Origin: Gemmata obscuriglobus
Lineage (GTDB): Bacteria; Planctomycetota; Planctomycetia; Gemmatales; Gemmataceae
Assembly (NCBI RefSeq): GCF_008065095.1
Contig: NZ_CP042911.1
Span: 120,001 to 152,000 of the forward strand
Reading direction: 5' to 3'
DNA length: 32,000 nucleotides
In this document: positions 17,150 through 24,556 of the stretch, in pieces
How the letters are laid out: each line of letters begins with the position of its first letter
Position numbering within the stretch: the stretch's first letter is position 1
Notes under the pieces: generated by a model
Database searches by the model: none
The model's input: the letters and a program-made list of their open reading frames with translations, nothing else
Told to the model about the DNA's origin: nothing
Made by a program: the position numbers and the translations under genes

Positions 17150-19789
17150 ATGCTGTGGGCGGTTCGGTGGGTGGCGTGGGCGTTCCTGCGAGCGCTGCTG
17201 TCGCTCCGCTACAAGCTAACGCTGGTCGGTACCGAGGACGTGCTCAAGCGCCCCGGGCCGTACCTCTTCATGCCGAACCACCCGGCGTACGCGGACCCGC
17301 CGAACCTGCTCGTGCGCCTGTGGCCGCGGTTCAAGGTCCGGCCGCTCCTGCTCGAGTCCAACTTTAAAGGCCCCCTGTTCGCGCCGATCGCGTGGTTGCT
17401 CCGCGGGATCAAGATGCCGGACATCGTGAAGGCGTCGGTCGAGGACCGGCGGCGGGCCGAGGAGGCGGTGGGCGAGGTGATCGCGACGCTCCGCGGCGGC
17501 GGTAACGTGATCCTGTGGCCGAGCGGGCGGCTCTCGCGCGACGGCACCGAGCGGCTCGGCGGCGCCCGCACCGCCGCCGACGTGCTCGCGGCCGTACCGA
17601 ACGCGACCGTGGTGCTGGTCCGCACCCGCGGGCTGTGGGGCAGCATGTTCAGTTGGGCCGACGGGAAGCCGTCGCTCACGCGCGGCGTCACGCGCGGCGT
17701 CGGGCTGTGGGTCGCGAACCTGTTCGTTCTGGCCCCCCGGCGCCGGGTCACGCTCACGCTCGAAGCGTTCACCCCCGACCAGCGCCCGGAGCCGAAGCGG
17801 GAGCTGGTCAACAAGTGGCTCGAAGCGTGGTTCAACGCGGACGCCCCGCGCGAGGAGCCGACGTTCGTGCCGCGGCACTTCCTGTTCGGCGAGCGGACCC
17901 ACACCTTCCCTCCGCCGATCGTCGAGACGCCCGATTTCGACCTCTCGAAGGTGAAGCCCGAAACCAAGGCCGCGGTCGCTCAGTTGCTGGAAGAGAAGTT
18001 GAAGCGCCCCCTCTCTCCGGAGGAGAGCGCGGGCGACGCGACCCTGAACCAGCTCGGGGTGGACAGCCTCGACGCGATGGACGTGTCGCTCCAGGTGGAG
18101 CAGCGGTTCGGGTTCAGCTCCGACACCGTCCCCACGACCGTCGGCGGGCTGTGGGCGCTGGCCGAGGGGTTACAGCAGAGCGCGCCGCCCAAGCCCCCGC
18201 CCGCGGGCTGGTTCGCCCCGCCGGCGGACGGCGCGAAGCTCGAAATTCTGGGCGAAACGCTCCCCGCGGCGTTCCTGAACCAGGCCGTACGACGCAAGGA
18301 ACAGGTGATCGCGGCCGACGACCTCGCGGGCGGCGTCACCTACGAGAAGATGATCGTCGGCGCCTGGGCGATGGCGTCGAAGTTCCGCGACCTCGACGCG
18401 CCGAACGTGGGCCTCATGTTGCCCGCGGCGGTGGCGTGCGACCTCGCGTTCCTGGGGCTGCACCTCGCCGGCAAGCTGCCGGTGATGCTGAACTGGACCA
18501 CCGGCCCGGGCAACCTCGCGCACGCGGCGAAGCTGATGGGCCTCACGCACGTGATCACCTCGAAGGCGTTCATCGACCGGACGCGGGTGGAAGTGCCTGG
18601 GACGCAATACCTCTTTCTTGAAGAGGTGCGCGCTTCGCTCGGAAAGTTCGGGCTGCTCCGCCGGTTGATTGCGGTGCGGTACTTCGGCCGGTGGGCCGTG
18701 TCGGCGCTGCTCGGCCGCATCCCGAGCGACCCGAACCGGCCCGCGGTGATCCTGTTCACCAGCGGCAGCGAGAAGGCTCCGAAGGCGGTGCCGCTCACGC
18801 ACGCCAACATCATCAGCGACCAGAGGGGCTGCCTCGACGCGCTCAACGTGGACCGCAACAACTCGGTGCTCGGCTTCCTGCCGATGTTCCACAGCTTCGG
18901 GCTGACGATCACCGGCCTGCTGCCGCTGTTCGTGGGCGTGCGCGTGGTTCACCACCCGGACCCCACGGACGCCGGCGCGCTGGCCCGCAAGATCGCGGCG
19001 TACAAACCGACCCTCGCGGCCGGCACGCCGACGTTCGTGAGCTACATTCTGGACCGCGCGAAGCCCGGCGAACTGGACTCGCTCCGGCTCGTGGTGGTGG
19101 GCGCGGAGAAGGCGCCCGACACACTGTTCGAGAAGGCCAAGCAGGTCGCGCCGCACGCGGAAATCATCGAGGGCTACGGGATCACCGAGTGCGCGCCCGT
19201 GGTGTCGGTGGTGCGCCCGGGGAGTCACCGGCACGGCACCATCGGGCCGCCGCTCCCGAACGTGGAGGTGTGCGTCACCGACCTCGAAACGAAGGCCGTG
19301 CTGCCGCAGGGCCAGATGGGGATGCTCCACGTCGCCGGTCCCAACGTGTTCGGCGGGTACATCGGTCACGACGGCCCGCCGCCGTTCGAGGAGATCAACG
19401 GGAATCGCTGGTACGTCACGGGCGACCTCGCGGCGATCGACGAGCGCGGCGAGATCGTGTTCCACGGCCGTTTGAAGCGGTTCCTGAAGGCGGGCGGCGA
19501 GATGATTTCGCTCCCGGCGCTGGAGGAGCCCTTCGCGCAGAAGTACCCGCCGACGGACCAGGGGCCGCGGGTCGCGGTGGAGGGGATCGAAACGCCCGGC
19601 GGGCGCCGCGTCGTGCTGTTCACCACCGAACCCATTTCCCTGCGCGACGCGAACGCGCTGTTACAGGGCGAGGGGCACCGCGGGGTGATGCGGCTCGACG
19701 ACGTGAAACAGCTCGATGCGCTCCCGGTGCTGGGCACCGGGAAGACCGACTACAAGGTGCTTCGCGCGATGCTCACGGACGGGCAGTGA
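17150..19789 (+). CDS. Tri-domain lysophospholipid acyltransferase (PlsC-like) - acyl carrier domain - acyl-ACP/AMP-dependent synthetase fusion (Aas-like)
   Basis: N-terminal HX4D acyltransferase motif PNHPAYADP and WPSGRLS. Central carrier-protein site LNQLGVDSLDAMDVSLQVEQRFG (DSL phosphopantetheine serine). C-terminal adenylation motifs are ILFTSGSEKAPKAVPLTH, GYGITECAP and YVTGDLAAIDERGEIVFHGRLKRFLKAGGEMIS. Confidence 0.85.
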   Translation: MLWAVRWVAWAFLRALLSLRYKLTLVGTEDVLKRPGPYLFMPNHPAYADPPNLLVRLWPRFKVRPLLLESNFKGPLFAPIAWLLRGIKMPDIVKASVEDRRRAEEAVGEVIATLRGGGNVILWPSGRLSRDGTERLGGARTAADVLAAVPNATVVLVRTRGLWGSMFSWADGKPSLTRGVTRGVGLWVANLFVLAPRRRVTLTLEAFTPDQRPEPKRELVNKWLEAWFNADAPREEPTFVPRHFLFGERTHTFPPPIVETPDFDLSKVKPETKAAVAQLLEEKLKRPLSPEESAGDATLNQLGVDSLDAMDVSLQVEQRFGFSSDTVPTTVGGLWALAEGLQQSAPPKPPPAGWFAPPADGAKLEILGETLPAAFLNQAVRRKEQVIAADDLAGGVTYEKMIVGAWAMASKFRDLDAPNVGLMLPAAVACDLAFLGLHLAGKLPVMLNWTTGPGNLAHAAKLMGLTHVITSKAFIDRTRVEVPGTQYLFLEEVRASLGKFGLLRRLIAVRYFGRWAVSALLGRIPSDPNRPAVILFTSGSEKAPKAVPLTHANIISDQRGCLDALNVDRNNSVLGFLPMFHSFGLTITGLLPLFVGVRVVHHPDPTDAGALARKIAAYKPTLAAGTPTFVSYILDRAKPGELDSLRLVVVGAEKAPDTLFEKAKQVAPHAEIIEGYGITECAPVVSVVRPGSHRHGTIGPPLPNVEVCVTDLETKAVLPQGQMGMLHVAGPNVFGGYIGHDGPPPFEEINGNRWYVTGDLAAIDERGEIVFHGRLKRFLKAGGEMISLPALEEPFAQKYPPTDQGPRVAVEGIETPGGRRVVLFTTEPISLRDANALLQGEGHRGVMRLDDVKQLDALPVLGTGKTDYKVLRAMLTDGQ

Positions 19790-19894
19790 GACCGTGGCGC
19801 CGCACGGCGGGCGCGAACGATTTTTCTTGGCGCCTGCCGTGGCTCCGGTACCATCTCAACTGGTTTCGGAGCTTGACACCACGGACGGGTACAC

Positions 19895-20608
19895 ATGAAC
19901 AGCCGGTATGTGTTGGTGGCCACGGCGGGCGCGATCCTGGGAGCGGTCGTTGTTTCCGGTGCGTCCCCCTCCTCACACGCGAAGCCCGCGGACGAAACGA
20001 AGGCGGACGCCGGCCAGAAGAGCGCGGTGTTCAACATGGCCTCGGTCATGCGGGACTTCAACCAGGCGAAATATCAGGTGTGGGTGCTGAACCAGAAAAG
20101 GAGCGAGCGGCATCAGCCGCTCCAGGCCCTGCGCGAGGAGCACGCCAAACTCGAGACCAAGCTCAGGGAGAAACTGAACCAACCGAAGGACAGCGAGCTG
20201 ACCAAGCAGGTGCAGGACTTGGCCCGCCAAATCGAGGACAAGAACCGCGAGCTTGATAAACAAACAAATGATGACGCTAGCATAATTATTACTGATCTGT
20301 ACGACATGATTAAGGCCGCTGTCGACACGACCGCCAAGAAGAACGGGTTCCAGATCGTGTTCGCGTATCCCGACGCCTCGACGGCTGAGGAGCTGAAGAG
20401 CCCGTACATCAAGGAGCTGAAACTGAAGCCCCCGGCGGCCCAGCCGTTCTACGTCGCCCCGGAAGCGGACATCACCGCCCGCGTGATCGAGGTGCTCAAC
20501 GAGAAGCACCCGCCGATCGACCCGAACACCGGACAGCCGATCGACGTGTCCACCATCCCCTCCTTGCCGGCCCAACCGGGAGCCCCTCCCCGGCCCATGA
20601 TGCCGTAA
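19895..20608 (+). CDS. Skp/OmpH-like periplasmic chaperone
   Basis: Signal peptide MNSRYVLVATAGAILGAVVVSGASPSSHA. Long charged coiled-coil segment (QALREEHAKLETKLREKLNQPKDSELTKQVQDLARQIEDKNRELDKQ), then IKAAVDTTAKKNGFQIVFAYPD, typical of the OmpH family. Pro-rich C-terminal tail. Confidence 0.65.
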   Translation: MNSRYVLVATAGAILGAVVVSGASPSSHAKPADETKADAGQKSAVFNMASVMRDFNQAKYQVWVLNQKRSERHQPLQALREEHAKLETKLREKLNQPKDSELTKQVQDLARQIEDKNRELDKQTNDDASIIITDLYDMIKAAVDTTAKKNGFQIVFAYPDASTAEELKSPYIKELKLKPPAAQPFYVAPEADITARVIEVLNEKHPPIDPNTGQPIDVSTIPSLPAQPGAPPRPMMP

Positions 20609-20791
20609 TCGGCTAAGCCGCGCAAGTCGTCGCAGGTTGCGCATTCCATTAAGCTTGTGGGTCGATGGCCTCGCGCCGCTAGCCGGCGCGGGGCCGCGCC
20701 ATTTCCGCGCCTCGACCAACGCACGCGAGTTCGTTCCGTTACACTCGCGTCGGCTTTCGGCCCTCCCCATTCTCACACGGGAATCGATGTG

Positions 20792-23170
20792 ATGCGCCCC
20801 TCCCACCTGTTGCCGGTCGTCGGGCTGACGTTCGGCTTGATGGCCCTCGCGCCGCTCGCACGCGGCGGCGGTCAGCCGGACGGCAAACAACCCAAACAGC
20901 CCGCGGCGCGGCTGACGCCTGCCCCGGCCGCCACGGACCCGAAGCTGCCGCCCCCGGCCAGCCTGCCCGTCACCCGCGTCGTGCTGTTCAGCGCCGGGGT
21001 GGCGTACTTCCACCGCGAAGGTGACGTGAACGGCGACGCCCGCCTCGATCTGCGGTTCGACGAGAGCGACGTCAACGACCTGCTCAAGAGTCTGGTGCTC
21101 ACGGACAAGGACGGCGGGAAGGTCCGCGCAGTGACTTACGACAACCGGCTGCCGCTCGAAGTCACCCTGAAGGGGCTCGCGGTGGACGTGACCGAGAACC
21201 CGACGATGGGGCAGCTCATGCACCAGCTCCGCGGCGAGAAGGTCGAGGTCGCGGACAAGGGCGGGGTCGTCACCGTCGGGCAGATCGTGAGCGTCGAGCG
21301 CCAGCCGGTGCCCGCGACGGGGCCGGACCCGGGCGAGATCATGAACCTGCTCACCGACGACGGGCTGCAAACCGCCGAGCTGAAGCAGCTCAAGCGGATC
21401 AAGTTCGTGCGGGCCGAAATGCAGGCGGAGTTCAAGAAGGCGCTGGAGCTGCTCGCGACGGCCCGCGGCGACAACAAGAAGGCCGTGTCCGTGATGTTCA
21501 GCGGGGCCGGCAAGCGCAAGGTCGCGGTGGGCTACGTCGCCGAGGCGCCGCTCTGGAAGCCGAGCTACCGGCTGTCGGTCGAGGACAAGGGGGCCACGCG
21601 CATCCAGGGCTGGGCGACCGTCGAGAACACCACCGACGAGGACTGGAACAACGTGAAGATCGGGCTCGTGGCCGGCCGGCCGATGTCGTTCCAGATGGAC
21701 CTGTACGACCCGCTGTTCGTGCCGCGCCCGATGGTCGAACCGGACCTGTTCGCGTCGCTGCGCCCGCCGATGTACCAGGGCGGGCTGAACCCGCTCGCGA
21801 ACCCGATGGGCATGGCGATGGGCAACAACGGCGGCAACCCGGCGATGGGCCAGAACGCGAACGGGCCGGGCGGCGGGTTCGCCGGGAATTTTCAGGGAGG
21901 CGCGAACGTTCTCGGCGGTCAATTCGGCGGCGGGTTCACCGGCATCCAAGGCGGCCAGATCGGCCAGTTCGGCAACCTCGGCGGCCAGTTCGGCATCCAG
22001 GGCGGTAACCAGCTCGGCAACTTCGGCGTTTACCCGACGCGGGTGCCGCGGCCCAACATCCGCAACCTGCACGGCGACCGGCTGACCTACACCGAGTACG
22101 TTAACCGCGTTCGTGGGAACCCGACCCCGCCCGATCCCGACCAACCCGTCCAGCAGACGGTGCGCGACCCGCTCGACAAGAAGGCCGGGGCGCTCGCCGT
22201 GGCCGACGGCGCGCTGGGCGACATGTTCGAGTACACGATCGAGGAGCCGATCACGCTCGCGAAACAAAAGTCCGCGCTCGTGCCGCTCGTGAACGAGGCG
22301 GTCGAGGGGACGCGGGTGAGCATCTACAACGCGCAAACGCTGGCCAAGTACCCGCTCCTGGGGCTGAAGCTCGTGAACAAGACGAAGCTGCACCTCGCGC
22401 AGGGGCCGGTCACGGTGTACGACGGCGGCACGTTCGCCGGCGACGCGCGGCTCCCGGACATCAAGCCGAACGAGACGCGGCTCATCAGCTACGCCATCGA
22501 TCTCGGTACGGAAGTGGTGCCGCAGGTCGCTCCGATCCAGCGCACGGTCCTGTCGGCCGCGGTCGCGGACGGGTTCCTGACGATCCGCTCCGGGCAGAAG
22601 AAAACGACGACGTACCTCGTCCGCAACCGCAACCCGCGGGACCGTGTGGTCATCGTCGAGCACCCGGTGGGCACGGAATGGAAGCTCGTCAGCCCCGCGA
22701 AGCCGGACGACCGTACCCGGAGCTTTTACCGGTTCGAGGTGCCCGTGAAGGCCGGGGCGCTGGGCACGCTGGAAGTCACGGAAGAGGCGCCCGGGACCGA
22801 GAACCGCAACCTCACGGCGGCCAGCGGCGATCAGCTCCGCGACTACGCCGCCCTGAAAGACGCGAAGCCGGCGGTGCGCGAGGTATTCAAGAAACTGCTG
22901 GACTTGCGCGGCAAAGTGGAAGACGTGCAGAAGGGGATCGCGGAGGAACAGGCGGCCCTCAAGGAAATCGCTGACGACCAGGAGCGGCTCCGCAAGAACA
23001 TCGAGCGGGCGCCGAAGGAGTCGGAGACCTTCAAGCGGTACCTGAAGAAGTTCGACGACCAGGAGACCGAGATCGAGAAGCGCCAGACGCGCCTGCGCGA
23101 ACTGAAGGCCGAGCTGGTCAAGCACGAGAAGGCGCTGAAGGAGTACGCCGAGACCGCGAAGGCCGAGTAG
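20792..23170 (+). CDS. DUF4140/DUF4139 family protein (MuiA-like) with Gly/Gln/Asn/Phe-rich insert and C-terminal coiled coil
   Basis: The ATG at 20792 gives signal peptide MRPSHLLPVVGLTFGLMALAPLARG. DUF4140-like start VTRVVLFSAGVAYFHREGDVNGDARLDLRF. DUF4139-like core KVAVGYVAEAPLWKPSYRLSV...IQGWATVENTTDEDWNNVKIGLVAGRP. C-terminal heptad-like EQAALKEIADDQERLRKNIE...RLRELKAELVKHEKALKEYAE. Confidence 0.75.
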   Translation: MRPSHLLPVVGLTFGLMALAPLARGGGQPDGKQPKQPAARLTPAPAATDPKLPPPASLPVTRVVLFSAGVAYFHREGDVNGDARLDLRFDESDVNDLLKSLVLTDKDGGKVRAVTYDNRLPLEVTLKGLAVDVTENPTMGQLMHQLRGEKVEVADKGGVVTVGQIVSVERQPVPATGPDPGEIMNLLTDDGLQTAELKQLKRIKFVRAEMQAEFKKALELLATARGDNKKAVSVMFSGAGKRKVAVGYVAEAPLWKPSYRLSVEDKGATRIQGWATVENTTDEDWNNVKIGLVAGRPMSFQMDLYDPLFVPRPMVEPDLFASLRPPMYQGGLNPLANPMGMAMGNNGGNPAMGQNANGPGGGFAGNFQGGANVLGGQFGGGFTGIQGGQIGQFGNLGGQFGIQGGNQLGNFGVYPTRVPRPNIRNLHGDRLTYTEYVNRVRGNPTPPDPDQPVQQTVRDPLDKKAGALAVADGALGDMFEYTIEEPITLAKQKSALVPLVNEAVEGTRVSIYNAQTLAKYPLLGLKLVNKTKLHLAQGPVTVYDGGTFAGDARLPDIKPNETRLISYAIDLGTEVVPQVAPIQRTVLSAAVADGFLTIRSGQKKTTTYLVRNRNPRDRVVIVEHPVGTEWKLVSPAKPDDRTRSFYRFEVPVKAGALGTLEVTEEAPGTENRNLTAASGDQLRDYAALKDAKPAVREVFKKLLDLRGKVEDVQKGIAEEQAALKEIADDQERLRKNIERAPKESETFKRYLKKFDDQETEIEKRQTRLRELKAELVKHEKALKEYAETAKAE

Positions 23171-23182
23171 CCTTCGGCTCGC

Positions 23183-23302
23183 TTCCCCTGGGACCGCGGG
23201 CGTCCCGCCCGCTGCTGCTCGCATGGCGTCGCTTGGCGGTCGTCCGCCGAGCGATACCACAGGGACACCCAGGCGGGCGGGACGCCCGCGGTCCCAGGGG
23301 AA
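23183..23302. repeat. 30-bp perfect inverted repeat flanking a 60-nt spacer
   Basis: 23183-23212 TTCCCCTGGGACCGCGGGCGTCCCGCCCGC is the exact reverse complement of 23273-23302 (checked). It starts 12 nt after the stop of the DUF4139 gene. Confidence 0.85.
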
Positions 23303-23387
23303 AGGCATTCTTTCCGAGACGAACACGTTTGCGGGTGTTGGACGCCCGACCTGCCGCGCGCCGAACCCACTTGAGCGACCTTCGTTA

Positions 23388-23461
23388 CTTCTGTCGCTGG
23401 CCTCGGTGAGGCCGGCGATACCGCCCGTAGCGCGCCGGCCTCACCGAGCCAGCGACAGAAG
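23388..23461. repeat. 29-bp-stem hairpin (one bulged C) with 15-nt loop
   Basis: 23388-23417 CTTCTGTCGCTGGCCTCGGTGAGGCCGGCG pairs with 23433-23461 CGCCGGCCTCACCGAGCCAGCGACAGAAG as 16 bp + 1-nt bulge + 13 bp. The loop is ATACCGCCCGTAGCG. It lies about 107 nt upstream of the ilvE start. Confidence 0.85.
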
Positions 23462-23568
23462 ACCGATCGGCCCATGCACTTCGGGACGCCACCCGCGCCC
23501 CAACTCTGATCCCCAGTGATACACTAAACAGGAACGAGTTCCTCTCTCGCTCCGACGGAGTACGCGAT

Positions 23569-24435
23569 ATGGCCGGCCCCGCACTTCCCATGGACGACCG
23601 CGACGGCGTCATCTGGTACAACGGCAACCTCGTCCCGTGGCGCGAGGCCAAGGCCCACGTCCTCATTCACAGCCTGCACTACGGCAACTCCGTGTTCGAG
23701 GGCGAGCGGATCTACAACGGCAAGGTGTTCAAGCTCCGCGAGCACTCCGAGCGGCTCCACAAGTCGGCCAACATGCTGGCCTACGAGCTGCCCTACAGCG
23801 TCGAAGAGCTCGACCGCGCGACCGAACTGGTCGTGAAGGAGAACAAGCTCGACTCGGGGTACGTCCGGCCGCTCGCGTGGCGCGGCGCCGAGGTGATCGG
23901 CGTGTCCGCCATCGGCACGAAGGTACACGTGATGATCGCGGCGTTCCCGTGGGGCGCGTACTACGGGCAGAAGGCCATCAAGCTCGTCACCAGCCGCTGG
24001 AAGCGGCCCAGCCCGGAAAGCTCCCCCGCCGGGAGCAAGGCCGCCGGGCTGTACATCATCTGCACGCTCGCCAAGGACGAGGCGCTCGCCGCCGGCGTGC
24101 AGGACGCGCTCATGCACGACTACAAGGGCCGCCTCTCCGAGGCGACCGGAGCGAACCTGTTCCTCGCCATCAACGGCGAGCTGCACACGCCGACCACCGA
24201 GACCATCCTCAACGGCATCACCCGCCAGACGGTGATGGAACTGGCCCGCAAGCGCGGGATCAAGGTCGTCGAGCGCGAGATCTGGCCGGACGAACTCGCC
24301 AAGGCCAGCGAGGTGTTCCTCACCGGCACCGCCGTCGAGGTGCAGCCCGTGAGCGCGATCGACAAGCAGGAGTTCGAGGTCGGCCCGATCACACAGCAAA
24401 TGATCGCGGATTACTCTGCGCTCGTGCGAAGCTAA
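23569..24435 (+). CDS. ilvE: Branched-chain amino acid aminotransferase (class IV PLP enzyme)
   Basis: 288 aa. The N-terminus IWYNGNLVPWREAKAHVLIHSLHYGNSVFEGERIY, then later RPLAWRGAEVIGV, GSKAAGLYI and EATGANLF..NGELHTPT...LNGITRQTV, match the short IlvE family pattern. Confidence 0.9.
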   Translation: MAGPALPMDDRDGVIWYNGNLVPWREAKAHVLIHSLHYGNSVFEGERIYNGKVFKLREHSERLHKSANMLAYELPYSVEELDRATELVVKENKLDSGYVRPLAWRGAEVIGVSAIGTKVHVMIAAFPWGAYYGQKAIKLVTSRWKRPSPESSPAGSKAAGLYIICTLAKDEALAAGVQDALMHDYKGRLSEATGANLFLAINGELHTPTTETILNGITRQTVMELARKRGIKVVEREIWPDELAKASEVFLTGTAVEVQPVSAIDKQEFEVGPITQQMIADYSALVRS

Positions 24436-24461
24436 TCGGGCGGCCGAACAAGGCACTTTTC

Positions 24462-24539
24462 GACAGGATGAACAGGACACACAGGATCAAGACAGAACTC
24501 GGTCTTGTCTTCAATCCTGTGTGTCCTGTTCATCCTGTC
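24462..24539. repeat. Third copy of the ACAGGAT-repeat hairpin family (26-bp perfect stem)
   Basis: 24462-24487 GACAGGATGAACAGGACACACAGGAT pairs perfectly with 24514-24539 ATCCTGTGTGTCCTGTTCATCCTGTC (checked base by base). The 26-nt loop has its own AAGACA/TGTCTT sub-stem. It lies 26 nt after the ilvE stop and 17 nt before the next ATG. Confidence 0.85.
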
Positions 24540-24556
24540 AAAAACTCTGGTACCTC

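Noticed and set aside
19973-23326. 1117-aa minus-strand ORF over the Skp-like and DUF4139 genes
   Set aside because: Same antisense-shadow pattern. It crosses an intergenic region and two plus-strand genes that have signal peptides and family motifs.
23223-23519. 98-aa plus-strand ORF in the ilvE upstream region, considered as a leader peptide or small protein
   Set aside because: It is Arg/Pro-rich and not enriched in Ile/Leu/Val as an ilv attenuator leader would be. It is translated straight through two long palindromes and is most likely non-coding.
23524-24480. 318-aa minus-strand ORF opposite ilvE
   Set aside because: Antisense shadow of a gene with an unambiguous class IV aminotransferase sequence.
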